Shown one piece after another: positions 11,395 to 18,860 of a stretch of 64,000 nucleotides of DNA. Numbering within the stretch: the first letter of the stretch is position 1; every line of letters begins with the position of its first letter. The translations under genes were made by a program, and so were the position numbers. Source of the DNA: Escherichia coli (GTDB lineage Bacteria; Pseudomonadota; Gammaproteobacteria; Enterobacterales; Enterobacteriaceae); NCBI RefSeq assembly GCF_003790525.1, contig NZ_CP033635.1; one strand, 5' to 3'. The notes under the pieces are model-generated. The model worked only from the letters and a program-made list of their open reading frames with translations. It did no database searches and had not been told where the DNA came from.

Positions 11395-11746
11395 GGTTCA
11401 CCTCCAGTTCAGGTTTACGCGCTTTACGAGTACCTGATTTGATCAACACAATCCCGGCGACCAGGGTGGTTAACCCGGCAATTTTCATCAGCGATAAACT
11501 TTCGTCGAATAACAAAACGCTAAACAAGGTAATAAATAAAATACCGATACCTTCCCACAGCGCATAAGCCACGCCTAAGGCGATCTTTTTAACGGCGAAA
11601 GAGAGAAATATATACGACAGAGAAATCATCACCAGCATTAAAATAAAGCCGCCATTTCCCTCACTGACGCTCGCCCATTTCATAGACAGCGTACCGGTAA
11701 TTTCTGTAGCAATAGCCAGACCTAATAAAATCCAATAAATATACAT
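11381..11746 (-). CDS. mdtJ: SMR-family spermidine export protein subunit MdtJ
   Basis: 121 aa, SMR fold, directly upstream of and overlapping mdtI. Confidence 0.88.
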
Positions 11747-12157
11747 TGTCCTTCTCCTGCAAGAGAATTATTTTAATTTTCGCTTAATTCAGCGAAACCA
11801 AAGTAAAGTGGTCAAGCCCCGCGCATAGCGCAAGCTTAAGCAGGAGAAAGGACTAAAGCGCGTTGCGCCAGTGCTGCTCACCTACGAGCAAGATAGTGGA
11901 TGAGGTACGAAGATGGGTAAATGTAGAAAATAACGTCCTGAACAAATTGTCCATAATATTACAATTATCCGCAGTGTTGCTTCTCGTCATCGCGGATGAT
12001 AATTGTCCTCGGTAGTTGAACACGCCTGATTTGTATCATAGCTTAAGAATTAACTCAAAATATTTTCACTTCTTTACCTGAGCGGTTTGATTTTCGTTAT
12101 GATGACGGAGCGAAAAAGACATTATTATTAGCAAAGGAAGAAAAAACGGGGACAAGC

Positions 12158-12294
12158 ATGGCAAAGCCGATCATCACGCTCAATGGCCTAAAAATCGTCA
12201 TTATGTTGGGAATGCTGGTCATTATTCTCTGCGGTATCCGTTTTGCCGCCGAGATCATCGTGCCGTTTATTCTCGCATTATTTATTGCTGTTAT
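12158..12294 (+). pseudogene. tqsA: 5' fragment of tqsA (AI-2 exporter), first ~46 codons; reading frame then runs into element DNA and stops after 7 foreign codons
   Basis: ATG at 12158 encodes [45 protein letters not shown]; the remainder of the gene resumes in frame at 23729. Confidence 0.85.
12286..12294. repeat. attL core (direct repeat 'tgctgttat')
   Basis: Identical 9-mer at 23720-23728; chromosomal tqsA sequence on the left, element-specific sequence on the right. Confidence 0.7.
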
Positions 12295-12365
12295 ATATAA
12301 CTTATTTCGCTTAACTAATTGATTTAATTAAATAATTTGCACTACAAAAAGTGCCAAAAATCGCA

Positions 12366-12391
12366 AATTAACTACACCATTAACTACACCG
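12366..12391. repeat. 26-bp element-end repeat 'aattaactacaccattaactacaccg' (tandem 'ttaactacacc'), candidate integrase arm-type site, left end
   Basis: Exact 26-bp copy at 23567-23592 next to the int start; both copies in direct orientation just inside the element ends. Confidence 0.6.
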
Positions 12392-13466
12392 TTCGGCGCA
12401 CTGTATGAAACAACGTGGAACAAATAGACACAAGCGGCAGGCTATACCGTTATCATTTTTCAGCTATCCGTCATGAAGCTGGTGGATGATCACGGATAAC
12501 CAGGCATCTACAGCGCCTTAAAAAGCTGAACCCGACAAACATTTCTGCTTATCGGGTCCGATCGCTCTTTCTACTCGTGGCAGATGAGTTTACTAGGAAG
12601 GGGGGAACATTGTATCAGGCTATCCCCTTTCTGTGCTGATTCGGCTGGTGAATGATCTACTTGGGGCACTACACTTTTCGGATAGTGCGGGTATCCGGTT
12701 TTCTGCCTCATCGAATTTTAAGCCTTCTGACGGCCTGTATATCATTTCCTGTGGAGTTGCCGCCCTGATAGCGAATACTGCGGCAGCATGTGATTTACCC
12801 CCCGTTCTGTTGATGTTTGATGTGGCTGGTTGATGTGCTGCCATGTTTTCCGCCAATGGTGGAAAAGCCCACCAGCGCAACGCAGGACGCATAAAACCAT
12901 TGCGATGACTCTGGACGCAAAACCACGTTTAACGATGTTTTGCACTGAACCAGAATACTGTTCGTTTTTGTCTCGATGTCCGTACGTATTACGTCCGCAC
13001 CTAATCCGGCATCATGCCCACCAGCGTAACGCATTTTTTTAATTTCGTGGCTGTGCGTCCACCAGCTACGCCGGAATGGGGTATTCCGTTTCAACGGAAC
13101 AGGTATGACGAACATAATCGCACCTTCTCCCGAAAACGGTGCGACCTGCATCATCGAAATGGTGATTCAGCTACTCGGCGATTTTCACCATTCAGAATCT
13201 GGCGGGTGAGTTATCCAGCTTCCACCAATGGGGGATTCTGGAACAATCAACGGGTTACGCCTTATCAGCAAAAAAGCACATCAACTGTAAAGGAAATCGT
13301 TATGGTTGCTGGTGGGCTGCGTCACCATCATGGTGATGATGCTGTCCAGTCAGCCGGAACGGTTGAACAGGGTGGCTATGGGTCACTCTGTTGTGCGTTA
13401 TTTGCGTGATCCTGGTACGGGGTGACTATCTTTCAGATAGTCGGTTGCCTGGTTACACGAAAAAAT

Positions 13467-13775
13467 TTACTTCCTGCGTTTATCCTGCTTTGTATGCCCG
13501 TGCTGAATGCCCCGCAGTGGATCTTCTTTTTTCAGGTCGATCCCCATGTCCGTTAGTGTTTTTGTGGCGGCGGTTCTTATGGCACAAATCAGGTCTCTTT
13601 CCGGTTCCCGGGTTATGGTTGCCTTCCGGATGCATGCCGTTCGTCGTTCCGTTACATACTGACGCGCTTCATCACTTGCCGCCTGTTTCAGTAACTCACC
13701 CCAGCGATTAGCCGCCCGTCGCCATAAACCTTTCGCTTCCAGTTCTTCCGCTTTGTCATCATGCACCATAAGCAT
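13467..13775 (-). CDS. PerC-family-like putative transcriptional activator (copy 2)
   Basis: N-terminal MVHDDKAEELEAKGLWRRAANRWGEL resembles PerC/Pch activators (recalled) and is a paralog of the 17352-17624 ORF; start chosen at an internal Met. Confidence 0.45.
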   Translation of the reverse strand: MLMVHDDKAEELEAKGLWRRAANRWGELLKQAASDEARQYVTERRTACIRKATITREPERDLICAIRTAATKTLTDMGIDLKKEDPLRGIQHGHTKQDKRRK

Positions 13776-13883
13776 AATCCCATTGATACCTGTTAACTCT
13801 GAATGGTTGGTTTCTGTTCTTTTGATAATTTCCCGCATAGCTTATTGTATGACAGTACTGTCCCACAATAAGGAGTTGCACGC

Positions 13884-14174
13884 ATGAGAATGACTAGGCA
13901 CAAAAAACAGATTCTTGAACTCTACAAACCTGAGTATCGCGATTGGGTGCGGGTGGAGGCCGGAGATCCGCCTTTTGATGTTCGTGGTGTGACAGTGCTG
14001 CTCTATGGTTCCGAATATCGGCGATATCACATAGAGGCAACACGAAGGACGCTAAACGCTATGGTTCGTGATAAGTTGCTGGAGCGTGTGAAAGTCCGTG
14101 AGCCACGTTTTGATGTGCGTATTGGTGGCGATGGTGCGCATTGCACGGTAATCCGCTATGGCCTGGTAAGGTAA
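13884..14174 (+). CDS. hypothetical protein (96 aa), only plus-strand gene in the left half of the element
   Basis: ORF with ATG start; internal duplicated motif PPFDVRGV / PRFDVRIGG; followed by the palindrome 'cagaatgtaaatttacattctg'. No family recognised. Confidence 0.4.
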   Translation: MRMTRHKKQILELYKPEYRDWVRVEAGDPPFDVRGVTVLLYGSEYRRYHIEATRRTLNAMVRDKLLERVKVREPRFDVRIGGDGAHCTVIRYGLVR

Positions 14175-14276
14175 GCCATCGGGTAAATCAGATGATTAAA
14201 TCACCAGAATGTAAATTTACATTCTGCCAGCCACCAGCTACCCTCCTCAAAATTGAGGACCCTTTTTATCAACTGG

Positions 14277-14558
14277 TTACCGCCGCAACCGTTCCGGCTT
14301 CTTCCACTGATAAGTGTTTTTCGCGCTCTCCTGATACATCGCCACGCGTCGACGGTATGCCAGCAACTCTAGTACTCTGATTCGTATGTCGCGCATATCC
14401 ACGCCGTTAAGCTCAATACCATCACGGCGCATTACATCAGCAACAACACGCACATAATTTTCGGCGGTCACGCTGTCCGGCTGCGTGGCCTGTTCGTCAT
14501 GCTGCTGGCTGATTCCGGTAACGCGGCGGATTAATCCCAGTAGTTCGACTTCTGTCAT
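14277..14558 (-). CDS. hypothetical protein (~94 aa) immediately downstream of the cos/terS region
   Basis: ORF-track frame 14277..14756; start moved to the internal Met (MTEVELLGL...) so that it does not overlap the cos-like sequence. Function unknown. Confidence 0.4.
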   Translation of the reverse strand: MTEVELLGLIRRVTGISQQHDEQATQPDSVTAENYVRVVADVMRRDGIELNGVDMRDIRIRVLELLAYRRRVAMYQESAKNTYQWKKPERLRR

Positions 14559-14591
14559 TGTGCCCCCATCGCTCTGATAGTCTGGTGTCGT

Positions 14592-14655
14592 CGGGTCCTT
14601 TCCGGCATGTGGACCCGTTACGGGGCGTCGACCTCGCGCGTTTTCACTATTTATG
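14592..14655 (+). other. lambda-like cos site, copy A (cosN plus flanking sequence)
   Basis: 'cgggtcctttccgg...gttacggggcgtcgacctcgcgcgttttcactatttatgaaaattttt' closely parallels the phage lambda cos junction as I recall it ('...acgggtcctttccggtgatccgacaggttacg|gggcggcgacctcgcgggttttcgctatttatgaaaattttccgg'); the 12-mer gggcgtcgacct at 14623-14634 differs from the lambda cohesive end at one base. Confidence 0.75.
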
Positions 14656-14671
14656 AAAATTTTTCGGGATC

Positions 14672-14770
14672 CATGTCCGGTTTCTCTGCAAGTTAACCAT
14701 ATGAAAAATATAAAAACATGCTTTCCATGAACCGGACATGCGCAAAAAACAGACACTAAAACCGGACATC
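14672..14770. promoter_or_regulatory. cosB-like array: three 'ccggacat' repeats (one inverted, two direct) with an AT-rich spacer, candidate binding sites for the element's Nu1-like protein
   Basis: 'catgtccgg' at 14672-14680, 'accggacatg' at 14731-14740, 'accggacatc' at 14761-14770; located on the cosB side of cos copy A, where lambda has R3-I1-R2-R1. Confidence 0.5.
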
Positions 14771-14837
14771 GAACCAGTTAACCGAAAGTGTGCACAAATC
14801 ACATTCATTGCTGCGAGTGATTAACAAGTTATCGGCT

Positions 14838-15272
14838 TTACTGTTCTGTATCGGCTGATTGCTCCATGCTGGCACGGCGAACGCTTACGGCATGACGCCA
14901 CCCAGCCAGAAAGCCAGCCATTTTATTTCGTGCCTTGCTCACATCTTCCGGTGAATAGCCGTAAATATGCAAACCTTCATCAAATCGATGTTCTGTTTCT
15001 TCACTGGAGTACTCGTCACGCTCAGATGAAAGCAGCCTCGCAAACATAATTTTTTCCAGCGCACTGGTTTCTACGTGATATCCGATGGTCTGAAGATGGC
15101 TTTTACCTGAATACCAAAGCAATGTATGCCCGATGTGATAACCGCCAGACTTTCCGCGATCCGCATTAAGATACGGCATCCCCTGTTTGGTCCATGCGCG
15201 AATAGTGGTTCTGTTAACCTTGAAATGTTCAGCTATTTCCTGCTGACTTACAAAACAAGCTTTATCAATCAT
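14838..15272 (-). CDS. terminase small subunit Nu1-like DNA-binding protein (possible packaging-specificity/redirecting factor)
   Basis: N-terminus QQEIAEHFKVNRTTIRAWTKQGMPYL parallels lambda Nu1 KKQLADIFGASIRTIQNWQEQGMPVL (winged HTH); C-terminal half unlike Nu1; flanked by cos-like sites. Confidence 0.65.
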   Translation of the reverse strand: MIDKACFVSQQEIAEHFKVNRTTIRAWTKQGMPYLNADRGKSGGYHIGHTLLWYSGKSHLQTIGYHVETSALEKIMFARLLSSERDEYSSEETEHRFDEGLHIYGYSPEDVSKARNKMAGFLAGWRHAVSVRRASMEQSADTEQ

Positions 15273-15339
15273 AATGTTACCTTAACTGCATGGTTAAATA
15301 TCAATCAAGTGGTGGTGGTGTCACCTTCACGGAAAAACG

Positions 15340-15403
15340 TCATAAATAGCGAAAACGTGCGAGGTCGACGCCCCGTAACGGGTCCACATGCCGGAAAGGA
15401 CCC
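15340..15403 (-). other. lambda-like cos site, copy B (inverted copy of A, cosN plus flank, without the 'ccggacat' array)
   Basis: Reverse complement matches copy A at 62 of 64 positions; lies ~70 bp upstream of the Nu1-like gene start on the same strand. Confidence 0.7.
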
Positions 15404-15404
15404 G

Positions 15405-15430
15405 CAAAAAAAGCCGGATTTCTCCGGCCT
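15405..15430 (-). terminator. rho-independent terminator after the head-gene cluster (minus strand)
   Basis: Minus-strand hairpin ggccggagaaatccggcc followed by a T-run; related hairpin motif at 17324-17345. Confidence 0.5.
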
Positions 15431-15502
15431 TGTCTCAGATGGTTTTCAGTATGCGATAGATGTCGCCGTCATCGCCCTGGTTTGTGCCATCGTTCCCCCT
15501 GC

Positions 15503-15838
15503 TTATCGGGCCAGCGGCTGAACGGATACGCCGGAACCCGCAAAGGCGGCGCATTTTTTCGCATCGGTGTCGACGCTCTCAGGCCAGTTAACGGCGGCAA
15601 TATTGAATATCCCCGTCTTGTAACACTGTGCTGATTTCTGCTTTGACGTGTCCACAGGGTACGAGGTCAGATAAACAGCCTTGCCAGATTCCTTACCATC
15701 CCACGCCTTAAACTCGCCATTGTCTGCCAGCATCAGCGGGGTAAATTCCTGAATAACGCCAGCATCAGCGGCAAAATGTACCAGCGTCGTGGATACCTGT
15801 TGGCTGCCTGAAAATAACTCAATGTATGGAGCGTCCAT
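15503..15838 (-). CDS. head decoration protein, lambda gpD-like
   Basis: 111 aa; motifs TPLMLADNGEFKAWDG, YKTGIF, NWPE and KKCAAFAG parallel lambda gpD (TPLMLDTSSRKLVAWDG, YKSGTF, LWPE, KKRTAFAG) as recalled. Confidence 0.7.
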   Translation of the reverse strand: MDAPYIELFSGSQQVSTTLVHFAADAGVIQEFTPLMLADNGEFKAWDGKESGKAVYLTSYPVDTSKQKSAQCYKTGIFNIAAVNWPESVDTDAKKCAAFAGSGVSVQPLAR

Positions 15839-15849
15839 AGAATCCCCCG

Positions 15850-16905
15850 TTAAGCAATTTTGACGGTAACAAATTTGCGAATATCTGCCGGTACAGGCTG
15901 CGGTGCGCTGTGCGTCTGCACGTACTCAATCGCCGGATCGCCGTCCTCAATCCAGTTTTTCGGGTAGTACATGTTTTGCGTTGCGCCCGTTCTTACCGCT
16001 TCCTGATCCATAATCGCACCATATGCCACCAGCCCTTTATTGTTGGTGTTACCCAGGACCAGCAAATCAGGCTCAAGGAAATATTTTTCGGTCCCGTCGC
16101 TGTCAGTGTATTTGCCGGAATAGACGATAAGGGCCAGATCACCAAGATAGCCTTTAAAGCTCACCACTTCGCCCAGGTTTTTACAGGCCAGCTCGGCGGC
16201 GGATTCTGATCCACGGGAAAGATCGTACAGTTCACGGAATTTTTTAAAGCTGCGTAATGTGCGCCATACCTCACCGCCCATAATCATGACGTTGGCGGGG
16301 CAACCTGCCTGATCAGCATAAAGCTCGATGTCATAGATTGGGTCGTGCATGTCTTTATCCTGCTGGGACCATTTTTTACCACTGGCCTGCTGTATGATGC
16401 AGTTTTCCGGTATTTTCCAGTCGATTTCATAGCGTTCTATGCCTTCGCCCTCAATGATGTTTTTTCCGGTCGTTACCGCATTCACCGCCAGCCATTCCAC
16501 GCGCGCCTTAATGGCGTTTATCTGGCGGCGCATGTTGCCAGTAATCAGGCGCATACGGCGGTAAGTTGGATCGTTAAGCTGTGCCGGATCTTCTCCATCC
16601 ATGCGCATGATGGTCTTTGTTGGATCGATTTCGTGCTTTGGCTTCATGTAGCCTGGTTTAATCGTGCTGGTTTCGTACCCTTTATCGCGCTGGACCTGAC
16701 TACCCACCATAGGAGAACAGAACGCTGACATCGTAACCTCTTCAATGTCCAGGGTGTCCAGCATGATGTTTTGGGTGTTGAAGGTCGCCACGTTCGGGAA
16801 AAACAGCGTGGTAAACAGCGGACTAAATTTATATTCCGAAATATCCCCGCGATTCAGGTACGCGAAAAGCTGGTTAGTTGTAAGTGCCTTTGCTTTGCCT
16901 GTCAT
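15850..16905 (-). CDS. major capsid protein, lambda gpE family
   Basis: 351 aa; YKFSPLFTTLFFP and PGYMKPKHEIDP parallel lambda gpE FKFDPLFLRLFF and PGYVKPKHEVNP; similar length to gpE. Confidence 0.75.
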   Translation of the reverse strand: MTGKAKALTTNQLFAYLNRGDISEYKFSPLFTTLFFPNVATFNTQNIMLDTLDIEEVTMSAFCSPMVGSQVQRDKGYETSTIKPGYMKPKHEIDPTKTIMRMDGEDPAQLNDPTYRRMRLITGNMRRQINAIKARVEWLAVNAVTTGKNIIEGEGIERYEIDWKIPENCIIQQASGKKWSQQDKDMHDPIYDIELYADQAGCPANVMIMGGEVWRTLRSFKKFRELYDLSRGSESAAELACKNLGEVVSFKGYLGDLALIVYSGKYTDSDGTEKYFLEPDLLVLGNTNNKGLVAYGAIMDQEAVRTGATQNMYYPKNWIEDGDPAIEYVQTHSAPQPVPADIRKFVTVKIA

Positions 16906-17111
16906 TATTCACCTCCGTGAACCTGATTGATACCCAGCGCCGCACGCAAATAGGTGCGCACCTGCCAGCCTGTTGACGGCTCAACCATCGCCAGCGGATC
17001 AAGTCCTGCCGCAATGCCTGCTTTTACATTCTGCTGGTGGCGTTCCTTGAGCGCCTCCACGATGTCGGGGCTTATGTAGACCGTCACCCCGCCTTTTTTC
17101 TCTTCTGCCAT
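16905..17111 (-). CDS. hypothetical protein (68 aa), first gene of the head cluster
   Basis: ORF with ATG start, stop overlaps the capsid gene start; no family recognised. Confidence 0.4.
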   Translation of the reverse strand: MAEEKKGGVTVYISPDIVEALKERHQQNVKAGIAAGLDPLAMVEPSTGWQVRTYLRAALGINQVHGGE

Positions 17112-17323
17112 AGTCAGAAATTCCTCTTTGACTTAAAAAATCATAACTGGATGTTCATCCAGTCCTGATTATAATCATGATTGCATTTTGCGCAACAATA
17201 TTGAGTTACGTTGCAAATTATGAAATGATTATCCCGATCATGTGTGTCAGTTCACCATAAAAAACCTCGTATACAAAAGCCCCATAAGCCCCCTGTGACC
17301 TTATCGGGCTTTTTTTAGGCGTA

Positions 17324-17345
17324 AAAAAGCCGGATTGCTCCGGCT
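17324..17345 (-). terminator. rho-independent terminator downstream of the PerC-like gene (minus strand)
   Basis: Minus-strand hairpin gccggagcaatccggc followed by TTTTTT. Confidence 0.5.
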
Positions 17346-17351
17346 GTGTGC

Positions 17352-17624
17352 TCACTTCTGCGGGTAGTTGCGCCATATTGCTTTGCCAATACCAGCTATC
17401 CCCATTTGTTTTTCAGTGCGATTAACTGACCTTTTCAGAGCGCCTAAATCATCCGGCGGCTCCGGTGGCCTCTGTGCCTTACGGATACATTCCGCGCGAC
17501 GCATTGCCACCTGTTCGCGCTCCTTGTCTGTCTCCACCAGCCTCATAACTTCACCCCATCGCGCCGCCGCCCTCCGGTAAAAGCCTTTTGCCTCGAGTTC
17601 CTCCGCTATGCGGTCATGTACCAT
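17352..17624 (-). CDS. PerC-family-like putative transcriptional activator (copy 1)
   Basis: MVHDRIAEELEAKGFYRRAAARWGEV...; paralog of the 13467-13775 ORF; start placed at the internal Met just after the ssb stop. Confidence 0.45.
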   Translation of the reverse strand: MVHDRIAEELEAKGFYRRAAARWGEVMRLVETDKEREQVAMRRAECIRKAQRPPEPPDDLGALKRSVNRTEKQMGIAGIGKAIWRNYPQK

Positions 17625-17634
17625 CGTCACCCCC

Positions 17635-18045
17635 TCAGAACGGAATATCATCACCGTAAGGGTCATCGCCTCCCGCTGGTGGCTGATTACCCTGTGTGCC
17701 TGTGGTTTTGCGTCTGTTCCCGCCAGGACGTGCCGCACGGGCACTGATTACGCTGTCTGCAATAACCTGCCAGCCCTGCCGCGTTTCCCCGTTCTGTCCG
17801 GTCCACTGGCTGACCTGCATCGTGCCGGATACGCTGGCAACGTCGCCTTTTTGATGTTTAGCCAGAAAGTCGGCCTGTTTGCCAAATGCGATGACCGATA
17901 ACCATAACGTCGCCTGTCCGTCCTGTGCCTGGCCGCATGGTAAAGATACCGCCATACGCGCCAGCGTCATCGGTGTACCCTTACTGGTCTGTTTTACCTG
18001 CGGGTCGTCCACCAGCCGCCCGTAAGCTGCTATCTGTGCTGTCAT
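17635..18045 (-). CDS. ssb: single-stranded DNA-binding protein (SSB)
   Basis: 136 aa with OB-fold-like core, Gly/Pro/Gln-rich linker and the acidic C-terminal tail ...DDIPF typical of SSB. Confidence 0.7.
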   Translation of the reverse strand: MTAQIAAYGRLVDDPQVKQTSKGTPMTLARMAVSLPCGQAQDGQATLWLSVIAFGKQADFLAKHQKGDVASVSGTMQVSQWTGQNGETRQGWQVIADSVISARAARPGGNRRKTTGTQGNQPPAGGDDPYGDDIPF

Positions 18046-18284
18046 GCTGTCTGCTCTCCGGTTTTAACGTTGATGGTTGTTACCTGTTCTGCTTCGGCAA
18101 TATCCCGCTCTGTCAGCGTGGCAAAGTTTGCCGCCGTCGTTGTCATGAATGCGCTTATCAGTTCGGGATGTGCTTTCGCGTATCCTTCCCCTGTGTTGCG
18201 GTCGATGATTTTTATCGCCACCCTCAGCCAGTGCTCTGTAAGGTCAATGGCGCGGTGATCTGTCTTTTTGTGGCTTACCTTCAT
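18042..18284 (-). CDS. hypothetical protein (80 aa)
   Basis: ORF in the replication module, overlaps ssb start by 4 nt (coupled); no family recognised. Confidence 0.45.
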   Translation of the reverse strand: MKVSHKKTDHRAIDLTEHWLRVAIKIIDRNTGEGYAKAHPELISAFMTTTAANFATLTERDIAEAEQVTTINVKTGEQTA

Positions 18285-18287
18285 GAT

Positions 18288-18656
18288 TTACTCCAGAGTA
18301 CCGCTATTGCTGCTGTCGTTAACCGGATACCAGGCAAATACCATCGATTCACCACAGTGAACAAACTTCTTATCCGGCAGATAAAGGCACTCGCACATTC
18401 CCTCATCAGGACTATGCGGACTCATGCCCAGCTCACTGGTCAGCACGGGTAAGATTTCGCGGCAGGTGTTCCCCGCACCGAAATAATCAACCTCACAAAG
18501 CGCCCATGCAGCAATCGGGCTGTACCATTCCGTGCCGTCGTCGTCTTTGAACTTAGCCCACCAGCCAGGAAGGGCAGTTGATATGCTCAGTGTTTCAATT
18601 TCAGTGTTCATAAATTTACCTTCGGTATTTTGTCCTGCTGTTCGATTTTTATTCAT
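18288..18656 (-). CDS. hypothetical protein (122 aa or shorter)
   Basis: ORF directly downstream of the iteron region; Cys-containing; no family recognised. Confidence 0.45.
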   Translation of the reverse strand: MNKNRTAGQNTEGKFMNTEIETLSISTALPGWWAKFKDDDGTEWYSPIAAWALCEVDYFGAGNTCREILPVLTSELGMSPHSPDEGMCECLYLPDKKFVHCGESMVFAWYPVNDSSNSGTLE

Positions 18657-18860
18657 TGCTCACCATCTCTCACTTTTACTACTCACTTTTTAAAGCGTCT
18701 CGCTTCGTCTCACTTGAGATTTTTGTGTTTTGTATGTGCATGTTTCATAAGTGTTTTTTCACTGCTCACTTTTGAGCATGTATACAGGTGAGAAAGTGAG
18801 TAATTGTGTTAATATTTTGTAAAAACCTCACCATTACTCACTTTTACTACTCACTTTTTA
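18657..18860. repeat. iteron array, candidate replication origin ('ctcactttt' repeated ~7 times, one inverted, around an AT-rich core)
   Basis: Copies at 18669, 18682, 18709 (variant), 18765, 18793 (inverted), 18837 and 18850; 'ctcacttttactactcacttttta' occurs twice; lies immediately 3' of the rep ATPase gene. Confidence 0.6.

Noticed and set aside
12620-13409. Several 60-130-aa ORFs overlapping on both strands at the left end of the element
   Set aside because: The mutually overlapping frames have no start context or recognisable motifs, so they are treated as non-coding or decayed sequence rather than genes.
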